NCBI RefSeq assembly: GCF_006345805.1
Contig: NC_043022.1
Location: 25,048,001 to 25,112,000 of the forward strand
Source of the DNA: Octopus sinensis
Lineage: Eukaryota
Direction of reading: 5' to 3'
DNA: 64,000 nt
The first letter of the stretch is position 1. Each line of letters begins with the position of its first letter. Below are positions 52,696 through 64,000 of this stretch, one piece after another. The position numbers and the translations under genes were made by a program. The notes beneath the pieces were generated by a model, which saw nothing but the letters and a program-made list of their open reading frames with translations, was not told the DNA's origin and ran no database searches.

Positions 52696-52856
52696 CATAA
52701 TACAAATAAGAAAATGGAGGAACAGATTCATTTCAATCATCGACTTACAGATAATACCAATTCATATTATATAGTTAATAAATAATATGAAATGGTAATA
52801 TCTGTAAGTTGATGATTGAAATGAATTTGCTCCTCCATTTTCTTATCTCTATTATA
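52696..52856. repeat. Foldback palindrome of about 160 bp abutting the Helitron 3' end
   Basis: ATAAGAAAATGGAGGAACAGATTCATTTCAATCATCGACTTACAGATA mirrors TATCTGTAAGTTGATGATTGAAATGAATTTGCTCCTCCATTTTCTTAT. Confidence 0.85.
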
Positions 52857-52864
52857 TGTATATA

Positions 52865-53260
52865 CTAGCAGTATCGCCCGGCGTTGCTCGGGTTTGTAAG
52901 GGAAATAACTATATAAGCATTTTTAGAGAGTTATAGCCAAAAAATAGCAAAAAAAGGCATTAAAAATGGAAAAAAAATGATGGTAAATTTTTTTTAAATC
53001 GTTGACTCATCGTAGACATTTTTAGAGAGTTACTTCCCTTATATAATAGCGAAAAAAATGCATTAAAATGGGAAAAAATGATGGTAAATTTTTTTTAAAT
53101 CGTAGACTCATCGTAGACGCACGCTAATACCCAGAGGGCTCAATGTGAATCACGACTATAAGATACCCGCTTTTGGTTAAACTGCACCGCAAAATGTGGG
53201 AGTAGTTAGGAATCTAAATCATAGGAGACAGACACACAACTTGACTTTTATATATAAAGA
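52865..53260 (-). mobile_element. Non-autonomous Helitron, 396 bp
   Basis: The minus strand starts with TC at 53260 and ends with CTAG at 52865. GC-rich subterminal hairpin CCCGAGCAACGCCGGG at 52877-52892. Inserted between A and T with no TSD. Contains an internal duplication of about 100 bp. Confidence 0.85.
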
Positions 53261-53528
53261 TATACGATTGATAGATATAGATATCATTGTTTTAACATTG
53301 ACTTTTCCATGTGTGCATACTTAACAGATGCTAATCGAACAGATTTTCGTCTATAAATGGAGGCCCTTTCTGCAGTTTCCAAGCAAGGTAGCATTTTCCC
53401 CATGGCCAGACATGTTTGCGCAGAATATTGAAGTAAAGGACACTGCTTGTATGGAAGAGACACTCACAACAATCACACAATACCAAAACAATTGAAACAG
53501 CTGTAGGGAAACTCAACCCATTTGTGTT

Positions 53529-53561
<33 letters not shown>

Positions 53562-53907
53562 CCATCTTTTACTTGTTTTAGTCACTAGATGGTAGCCATG
53601 CTGGGGCACCGCTTTGAAGAGTTTTAATCAAGTGAATTGACCGCAGTACTTTTCTTAAGCCTTGTACTTATTCTAAGGTACAGGGATGTAAACACACCAA
53701 CACCTCTTATCAAGTGGTGATGGGAGACACACAAAGACACACATACACACACACATTCAAATATATATAAATGACAGGCTTCTTTCAGTTTCCATCTACC
53801 AAATCCATTTATATATATAGTTAATCCAAACATGAAAACACAACAACGCGAGGACATGGAATAAATATAGTATTATTGGACACTCAGGGAGGAAGGGAAG
53901 AAGGAGG

Positions 53908-53942
53908 GTTTTACATTTCGAGCGGAGCTCTTCATCAGAAAC
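53908..53942 (-). ncRNA. Minimal type I hammerhead ribozyme within a Penelope-like repeat (about 53815-54015)
   Basis: GTTT-CTGATGA-A-GAGC-tcc-GCTC-GAAA-TG-TA-AAAC. Extra A after A9; cleavage triplet GUA. Confidence 0.7.
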
Positions 53943-54429
53943 AAGGAAAAGGAAAGATCCAGAGAAAGGAAGACGGAGGAAAAAAAAATCGCCAACGGTA
54001 CTCACGCGGTCACATTTAGGCAAAATTGACCACAGCAAGATTTGAAATCAGAGTGAACAGAACAAGAAGGAATTCCATGAGGCAATTTTTTTAACCCCAC
54101 CCTCTTACAACTCGACCACCTTATTTAGGAATCTCCAGTCGGACAACTAGTTATCCCAAGCCAAATTGACAGTGAAGTTTTGAGTGTAACAATAGCTGAT
54201 AGATAAGGATGGGTTGGGGGTGTTTGGATGGGGTGGGCGGGGATGGATCGGAAATGGTGGACGTTTTGGGTTCCAGTTGTGCCTGGAATATCATGTTCCA
54301 TTATTATACTGTCATGTAACCAATACTTACACTAAATTCTCTCTCCATTTATACATACATACATACATACACACATAAATACATACATACATACATACAT
54401 GTGTGCGTATGTCTGTATATGTGCATGTG

Positions 54430-54521
<92 letters not shown>

Positions 54522-54534
54522 CATGTGTGTTATA

Positions 54535-54565
<31 letters not shown>

Positions 54566-55232
54566 CATGTGTATATATATATGGTGTGTGTGTGCATGGT
54601 ATATATATATGTGTTGTGTGTGTGTGTGCATGTGTAATATAATATATGTGTGTGCATGTGTATATAATATATATATATGTGTGTGTGCATGTGTATATAT
54701 ATATTATATGTGTGGTGCAGTGTATATATATATATATATATATATAGTGTGTGCATGTTGTATGTATATATATATATATATGTGTGTGTGCATGTGTATA
54801 TATATATATAGGGTGTGTGCATGTGTATATATATATAATATGTTGTGCATGTGTATATATATATATATATATGTGTGTGTGTGCATGTGTATTATATATA
54901 TTATATATATATAATGTGGTGTGTGCATGTGTATATAATATATACACATGCACACACACATATATGTATACACATGAAAACATACACATTTATAATGAAC
55001 ACATATGTATACATACATACATGTAGAGATGTGTATATAAACACACATCCATATACGTGTAATTGTACACACACACACACAAATCATAAGTATATATGTA
55101 TATATATGCATGTATGTATATTGATATACACATACATTAATACAGACATACATACGTGCATATATACACGCACATGCACACAGTCTGTTTTCGGTATGAG
55201 TCATTCACAATATGTCTTATGTTATTTTCATG

Positions 55233-55276
<44 letters not shown>

Positions 55277-55869
55277 AGACAAACAGACAGACAAGACCAG
55301 TCAAATTGACAGATTTAGTTGACCTACTCACTGAAGGGTCAGTCAGTTAGCTGGCTGGTTGGCTGACTGGCTAGCTGGTTGGTCAGTAGTTTTATATCAT
55401 CTACTACCACTACCATTACCAAATCAGCCCATACTACAACTTGTTTACTAACCAAGTCTCAGTGGGTAATTACAAGCCCCTTAGGGTTCAAGGAATGGAG
55501 CGGGGTGGGTTATTACTAAAGGCACTGAGGACAGACCCTGTCAGTACAAAATTTGAAGAATGATTTATATTGCTCAGTGTTTCTCACCATTTTTTACCCA
55601 TGGATCCCTTTAATACCTATTTTACTAAGGAGAGGAACCCTCATAGCTATTCGATGTCTAAAAAAAACCCTACTATATTTTCGTGATTAAATATTATTAG
55701 AAACTGCATTAAAAAAAATTGTTAGAATATTTTACATATTGCAGAAATATAACAACAAAATCTTTTATGGACCCTCAGGGGCAATATGGATCCCCTACTT
55801 ATATATAGCTTGTACAGGGACCTTCAAGAAGGCAACAGGAAGCAATATCAACTAGAAAAGCGTTTAAGT

Positions 55870-56307
55870 CAGTGGTTCTCAACAGTGGCCCCTGAGGGTC
55901 CACATAAGATTCGGGAGTAGGGTCCACATAAGATTCGGGGGCAGAGTCCGCATAAGATTCGGGGGCAGGGTCCGCATAAGATTTGGGGTCAGTCCACATA
56001 AGATTCGGGAGCAGGGTCCACATAATAAAATACTAAACTGGGGGTCCACAATAATATTTAAAGGGCCCCTAAAAAATATTTATTTTAGATGTAGGTATTG
56101 GGTTGCACTGCAAGAAACAGCTAGGTTTTTTTTTAAACATTTTTCATAGTTCAACGTACATAAGTTAAGGGTTGAGAAACGAAGCAGAAATATTGAAAGA
56201 AGTTTCTATAAAACTGTTTTTAAGCATGGAATGGCTTTGGGGGTTCACCAGAATAAAATAGTAATCGAAGGGGTCCATAGATAAAAATTTAAAAAATGGT
56301 TGAGAAA
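55870..56307. mobile_element. hAT-type MITE with internal 24-bp tandem array; right TIR lacks its terminal bases
   Basis: Left TIR CAGTGGTTCTCAAC, right remnant GTTGAGAAA. Flanks GTTTAAGT (55862-55869) and GTTTAAAT (56308-56315) match at 7 of 8 positions. A further hAT-like left end lies near 55575. Confidence 0.65.
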
Positions 56308-59300
56308 GTTTAAATGGAAGACCAAAGGGTTGGGGATACAAAGATATTGACTGTTTCATAATAATCCTGATGATGATGATAATGATGATGGTGAAGATAA
56401 TGATGATGAGGATGATGATGAGAAGGAGGAGGAGGAGGAGGAGAATGAAGATGATGACAATGATGATGGTGAAGATTATAACGATGATGATGAGGAGGAG
56501 GAATAGAATGAAGATGATGACAATGATGGTCATCATGCTGATGATGATGACAATGAAGATGATGATGATGAAGATGGTGATAAGGGCAACACTGATGAAT
56601 GATGACAATGGTGATGATTGTAAAGAAGTTGACAGAGAAGATGGCCGTGATTATGATGATGATAACGACTACGATAACGATGATGATGATGAAAATGGCA
56701 ATGATTATGGTGACAATGATGATAGCTGATGTCTAGCCTCAAGTCTGATCAGAAACATTTTACTCATATCCTATCCATCTTAAATCTTTTGATTTTGCCA
56801 GGAAGGCATATCTACGGATACGTTATCAGCAATACCATCTCCCATTTTTTTAAGACAATGGAGTATGACTTGAGGGAGATGCAGGCTATTATTTTTAGCA
56901 GATTAAATTGCCCTGTAGAGGCTCCCTCGTCTGTTCTGTCAATGATGTCAGTGGTATTGGCGGAGATGTGCAAGAAAAAGAGATTTGTGGATCAGGATTT
57001 TATGGTTAGAATAGGAACAAAAAAATGAGGTTTAAGAGGCATAAATGCAGCAAAAGCAACCCCCTGGGGAATAGAACAAAATGGTGGAAGACGAGGGAGA
57101 AAATAAGAAAAAAGGGACTCCGGGGTGAAGGGGCCGAGGAACGTACAACAACAAAATTATCTCTACTTATATTGTAAATGGCTGCTAATGGCATGAAGAA
57201 TTTCCAAGGAAGAAGAATCTGTACCTTCACAGCAGAGGAACGAATCGAATCGAAGACATGATCCTAGTAGGGTAATGTAGGAATGGATTGGAAGAATGGC
57301 AAGATAGGGAAGAGAAAAAAAATGATATAGCGAGACGGAAGCAAGGGTTGGGGGAAGAATGTGTGTGTGTGTGTGTGAAGGGACAGGAAACAGTAAGGGG
57401 ATGACTGCTTTACGAAGGGGAGTGTGGAGGGCTACATTCTTATATGTATCAGTTTTAGACACACACACACATAAAATAAAAAAAAAAAGAAACCTATACA
57501 AATGGAGAACAGTTTATAAAGATTGATTATAAGGATGATGACGATGATGATCGTGATGATGATGATGATAGTCTTGAAGTCCCACAAGATTTATGTCAAA
57601 TGTAGAGAATCATAAAATGATAAAATGAATTTGTTCCTTTCTGTCTTCCAATCATCCGCAAAACGCACACAAACACTTTATATTGCACACCCACTCCACA
57701 CACACACACACACACACACACAAAAACACTTTATAACCACACACACACAAGCACACACACATTTTGAACCCACATACATACATACATAAACTAATTCTTT
57801 TTAGCTCTGTCTTCTTATTAAAGTATCCTGTAAGTCTGTGAGGATTCACTGGAAAAACTGGTCCACTTGGGAATGAAATCTCAAAAAAAATAACAATCAC
57901 ATCATTTATACTACTACTACTACTACTACTAGTAATAATAATAATAATGATGATGATGATGATAGTAATAATAATAATGATAATAATAAGGATAATGATG
58001 ATGATGATGATAGTAATAATAATAATAACATTGAAGCAGGGGAGGAAAAAAAGAGAATAAACGGAACATACCTATTTGCCTCCCTTCTGCCCCTACCCCC
58101 CCCCACCCCCGCCACTTCCATCCCCTCCACGACTCTCCAGAAAAAGAATCTGAACTGACTTCAAAATAACTCAATATAGCATTAGATTGACATTTGAATT
58201 ATAACCTGCTTTACACAGATGACATTAGTTAACTAGTGTGTGTGTGTGTGGTGTGTGTGTTTGTGTGTGTATTTATACACAGATGACAGCTAACTAGTCT
58301 GTACATGCCTGTGTGTTTGCGCATATATGTGTATATGTTTAGGGGACATGTGTATGTATGCTTGCGTGTGTGTGTGCATGTTTGCACACAGATTTATATA
58401 TGCATGTGTGTCTATACATACATGCATACATATACATATATAAAACTGTCATCTTTGTATGTATGTATATGTATTTCCATATAACTGTCATCTGGATGTG
58501 TGTGTGTGTATATATATCAATATATATATACACACACATGCAGAGAATACATATATACACAGATAGCAGTTAATGGGCATGTGTTACATGGGTGTATATG
58601 AGTGAGTATATGTATGTAAACACACAGATTTATATATGCATGTGTGAGTATACATATATATATATATAATCTTTGTATGCATGTATATGTATGCATCTAT
58701 AACTGTCATCAGTATATGACAATATATATGTGTGTGATACACACATATATGATACGTACATACAGATAGTAGTTAACTAGTCATATATATATATATATAT
58801 ATATATATACGTGTGGGTGTGTATGTGTGTGTAAATATACATACACAGCATTGATTCCTTATTGTTCTTCTCTTTTCCCTCCCACCGCTCTTAAAATGTG
58901 GGAGTGTATGTGAATCAGTGAATGTGTGTGTGTGTGTGTATGTGGAAGGGAGGGGGGTTAGTAAAAAAGGTCAAAGGAATTACAGTGCTTTCCATCCAAG
59001 ATTGTCAAAAAATCTGTACCCAAAAACACATACACATACACACAGACACACACTCACACACACTTGCACACCCAGAGACAAAAATCAAATGTCAATCAAG
59101 AGATATGACTAAAGAACTAAAAAGCAATAATAATAATAATAATAATGGTAATAATAATAATAATAATGGTAATAATAATAGAAATAATAGAAATAATAAC
59201 CATTTATATGACATTGGCATAATGCCAGAAATCATCTGTAAATGGGAGGATATCGAAATTCCATACCTACCCCACCTGTGTCCCCAAATACCCAAGGGTG

Positions 59301-59667
59301 TAACTGTCCTGGTACTTATTTCATCAAACCAAGAGAGAAGAGAGAGAGAAAAAAAAGGCAAAGTTTATCTGGGGACCTTTTTTTTTTTTTTCGTTTGTTT
59401 TGCATTTGAAATGCTTAACCAGAGAAGGTTCAAAGCAGTAACTGTAAAAGGGTTCTTCTTTCCAAGGGTGCATCTGGTGGAAGGGAGGGAGGGAGAAAAA
59501 TAGCCACTAGAAGGGCGGAGGAAAAAAACCAGGCCAGAATGCTTGCAACACCATTGTCTTCATCACTAAAAGCAGAACAGAAATCATAGGTGGTGGTGGT
59601 GGTGGTGTGGTGATAATGCTGTTAAATTAGTCGATGGATTAACCCCTAAGTATTTAAACCAGCCATA

Positions 59668-60063
59668 GGCACAGGAGTGGCTGTGTGGTAAGTAGCTTGT
59701 TTACCAACCACATGGTTCCGGGTTCAGTCCCATTACGTGGTACCTTGGGCAAGTGTCTTCCACTATAGCCTCAGGCCGACAAAAGCCTTGTGAGTGGATT
59801 TGGTAGACGGAAACTGAAAGAAGCCCGTCGTATATATGTATATATATATGCGTGTGTGTGTTTGTGTGTCTGTGTTTGTCCCCCTAGCATTGCTTGATAA
59901 CCGATGCTGGTGTGTTTACGTCCCCGTTACTTAGCAGTTCGGCAAAAGCGACCGATAGAATAAGTACTGGGCTTACAAAAGAATAAGTCCCGGGGTCGAG
60001 TTGCTCAATTAAAGGCGGTGCTCCAGCATGGCCGCAGTCAAATGACTGAAAAGAGTAAAAGAG
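59668..60063 (+). mobile_element. Family A SINE, full length (partial copies also at about 3203-3380, 6921-7010, 21690-21880, 34133-34358, 51236-51425, 53560-53810)
   Basis: Matches 23911-24306. Confidence 0.85.
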
Positions 60064-62095
60064 TATTATCGTCATCATGGTTGGACCACATTACTCTGTT
60101 AGGCAGAGTTTCTCAACCTTTTTACTTTTGTCTAACCCTTAAAATAAATTAGGGGACCTGTTGAGTCAAGTACGTCAACATCAAAATAAAAATTCAAATG
60201 GAAATTGTAGTTAAGACACCCGTGCCGGTGACACGTAAAAAGCATTGTCCGAACGTGGCAGATACTAGCGTTGCCTGACTGGCGTCCGTGTCGGTGACAT
60301 GTAAATGCACCAACCAATCGTGGCCGTTTGCCAGACTGCTCTTGCCCCTGTGGCGGTGGCACATAAAAAACACCCACTACACTCACGGAGTGGTTGGCGT
60401 TAGGAAGGTCATCCAGCTGTGGAAACACTGCCAAATCAGACTAGATCCTGGTGCAGCCCTCCATGGCTTACCAGACCCTAGTCGAACCGTCCAACCCATG
60501 CTACTGCCCAACTACTGTCAAATTATCCAACTTGTGCTAGCAGTTAAAGAAACAATGGTGACAATAACGATGATAATAATAATAATGATAATTGTGTACA
60601 GTGCTCAGGTGCACTACAACTCATCTAAAGTGTATATATAATCAGGTGTAGTTTTGGCGGATTTCGGAAAGCATGAGGGCCTTAAAGGATGCAGCGTCCT
60701 GGCAGTCAACAACTGACGCAGGGCCACTGCGTGACACCTTGGGAAGGTGTCTTCTACTATAATAATACTAATAATAATAATAATATTATGATGATGATGA
60801 TCGTTGTTATAACTATCTTCCTTATTGTTGTCATCACTATCGTCGACACTGGCAGCATTTTATGTCTGGTTTTCCATTCTGTCATGGCTAACACAGGAGT
60901 TTCTCCAGTCAGTGTTTGTTTAAGGTGGGAAGTCTTTCCTGTTGACAACTCAAAAAGTCACTTTTAATGACATACAGGGTTTCAGTGCATGTACTTAAAA
61001 CTGATCTCAACCTCATGATAGATTGATATGTATTGATCCTTGATAGAAAAAAACACAAAGATCAAGGTTATAGATTGACTCTAAACCACCAATATTGATT
61101 GGTATGTATTGGTCTTTCTTTGATAGAAGAAAAACAAAGATCAAGGCTGCAGATTAAGACTCAACTCTAGTATTGATTGTTACGCATTGATCCTTGATAA
61201 ATTAAAGACAAAGATCAATTAATTCAACCTCCAATACTTGATTCATATATATTGATCTTTGATAGATGAAAGCCAAAAATCACTAATAGAAAGGGTATTA
61301 ATCACAGAAATTGAATGATATTCTACTAATTTTGGACAGAAAATAAAAGAAAAAAATAAAGGTGAAAATGACACTAGCAGGGTTTTTAATTCAGAGTATT
61401 TAGGGAGATAACTAAGCCTTCTAGATCACAGATTGTTGCTGCTAAGACCCTATGGAGCCATCATCTGCTTGGTGCCTCAAATCCTCATCATCATCGTTTA
61501 ACATCAGCCTTCCATGCTAGCATGGGTTGGACAATTTTGACTGAGGGCTGGCGAACCAGATGGCTGCACCAGGCTCCAATCTTGATTTGGCAGAGCTTCT
61601 ACTACTGGATGCCCTTCCTAACGCCAACTACTCCGAGAGTGTAGTGGGTGCTAAAAACCCCATTGGAGTTTCTGAATGCCGTGCACTTGAACTCAAAACA
61701 CAGTTACAAGCAAAATACTAAGCATTTCAACCAGCATGCTAACGCTTCGGTCAGCTTTTCACCTTACTTAATAATAACAATAATTATAATAATAATGGAC
61801 CAATAAATCAAATTTAAATGAAATTAACACTTTCATCCATAAAAATACTTGTGGGTATATAAACACACAAATGCATAGACTATACATTTCTGTCGCCATG
61901 CATACACACCTAAGTAACTTTCTATGCATGTACATATACACATACATTTATAGTTATTGTCACACATGCACACACATATATGCAGACATACAAACATACC
62001 TACACATACTTTCATGTGTGTACGTGTGTAATATATATATAGATATTATATATATATATATAAATATATATATATATATGTGGGCAGGTGTACAT

Positions 62096-62134
<39 letters not shown>

Positions 62135-62673
62135 TGCAGGTGTACATATTATATATATATATACATATTATATATTATACTTTTATGCATGCAAGTATGT
62201 CTGTGCAAGCAGTAAATGGCCAAAATATGGTAACACTTGTTTCTTTGGTTTCAGCTGCCCCTTGGCTCTTTCTGAAAGCTTTGGATTTTGGAAATGGTTC
62301 TCATTCCCCACAGAATTCTTGCAGAACAATCAAAGTCTCAATTACAACAGTTTATGCTAATTCTGACATCCTGAAAATCTGGCAGCAGATTCTTGGCAGC
62401 GGATTCTATCAAGAATGATCCAAGACCACGGGCTGCTGTCAGTGGAAGAATGAGGGAAGAGCAAGAGAGAGAGAGAGAGAGAGAGGGAGGGAAAGAGTCT
62501 GCATATTCAGTAGAGAGAGTATGTGAGAGAGAGAGAAAGGGGTGGGGCTTCTAGAATGAAAAATTTTCAAGAAGTCATGGAAAATATAATGTGTTAGAGT
62601 GGAAAGGTTGTTGAGTGAATGAAGAAAAAGGAGGTAGTTTCAATCCGTGACTGTGCTTGCATGTGTATGTCTG

Positions 62674-62712
<39 letters not shown>

Positions 62713-63195
62713 TCCATATATAGATATATATACATACACATACATACATAGATATATATATACATATATATATACACATACATAGATATTTATATACACA
62801 CACACATGCATACATATATATACATACATACATACATACATGTATATACATACATACATATATATACATACACACATACATATATATACACACTCACACA
62901 TACATACATAGATATATATACACACTCACACATACATACATAGATATATATACACACACACATGCATACATAGATATATATACACACTCACACATACATA
63001 CATAGATATATATACACACACACATGCATACATAGATATATATACACACACACACATACACACACATATATATACACACATAGATATATACGCACATACA
63101 CATACTTATATATATATGCACACACACACACACACACGTGTATCCATACATGTACGTATTTGTTTGTATGGATGTATGGGAGTATACATACATGG

Positions 63196-63231
<36 letters not shown>

Positions 63232-63242
63232 ATTTATTTATA

Positions 63243-63294
<52 letters not shown>

Positions 63295-63422
63295 ATTTAT
63301 ATTATATATAACTGGTGTGTATTTATATGTATATATATATGGTGTGTTTTATATTTATATATATATATAATATATATGTGTGGTGTATTTATATATATCT
63401 ATATGTGTGTGGTATTTATATA

Positions 63423-63454
<32 letters not shown>

Positions 63455-64000
63455 CCTACATTGAGTAATGCATGAAAAGGACACGGTAAATAATATTCCT
63501 AAAAAATAGCAGAGAGAGCGAGAGAGAGGACAGGAGAGAGGGAGCAGGGGAGAGAATCACAGTTGATATATTACCGAACGGATTGCTCCAAACCTCCAAA
63601 GACAGCGGCTAGGGTCGGTCGGTTGGTCGGTCGGTCATATATAATTTTTTTATTTTATTTCATCTTGTTTTTATTTTGTTCTATTTATTTATTTCATTTT
63701 TTTTTTAGTTCTGGTTGCAAAGATGAATGGATGGATATGCAGAGGAGGAGAAGGAAGTTGAGTGGGGTAGAAGCAATTATATTTAAAATTCCTTCTTCCT
63801 CCACAAAACTCCTGCCAAAATATCCTTCCTCCTCCTCCTCCTCACCACCACCACTGTTCAGCCACCAATAAAGTATAATTCAAACAACAACAATAATGTT
63901 GGTTCTGATTGACATGAAATTCTGGTATACCATTTTTTTGTTTATTTTTTTAAAATAAAATCTGTGTCACAAAATTTTTCTTTTTTTTACATTTTCTTCT

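Noticed and set aside
58922-59503. 193-aa ORF with a poly-N stretch
   Set aside because: It is assembled from (TG)n, (CA)n and (AAT)n tracts plus a SINE-tail fragment; no domain or splice context.
61015-61282. CRISPR array interpretation of the repeated hairpins
   Set aside because: The context is eukaryotic, the repeats are degenerate, the spacers are homologous to each other and there are no cas genes.
62255-62418. Plus-strand ORF after a strong pyrimidine tract and AG
   Set aside because: No recognisable domain and no upstream partner exon on the plus strand; it cannot be supported without RNA data.

Overview
This is a eukaryotic, AT-rich window saturated with microsatellites and SINEs. 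The repeat landscape looks like an octopus (coleoid cephalopod) genome, which is my inference and not a database result. The one protein-coding gene I can support is the 3' half of an Eph receptor tyrosine kinase on the minus strand. I reconstructed eight exons by hand (27231-27088, 24672-24487, 12965-12904, 11511-11413, 9058-8945, 7645-7451, 5601-5459, 3085-2815). All have GT-AG introns and matching phases, and they give about 404 aa: juxtamembrane YxDPxTYEDP, an intact kinase, a SAM domain and the C-terminal PDZ-binding motif GFLV*. I found no transmembrane or ectodomain exon in the 36.8 kb upstream. That stretch does contain two 42-nt, phase 1-1, stop-free candidate micro-exons (49713-49754 and 40672-40713) that would insert into the juxtamembrane region. 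The introns hold at least nine hammerhead-ribozyme-like motifs from several unrelated Penelope-like repeat families, two of them intact and in sense with the Eph pre-mRNA. They also hold several long foldback hairpins, tRNA-derived SINEs, hAT-, piggyBac- and Merlin-like MITEs, a non-autonomous Helitron, two HERO-type non-LTR 3' ends and a Tc1/mariner remnant. Nearly all other ORFs in the supplied track are microsatellite artefacts. Coordinates were counted by hand; repeat boundaries are approximate unless a target-site duplication (TSD) defines them.
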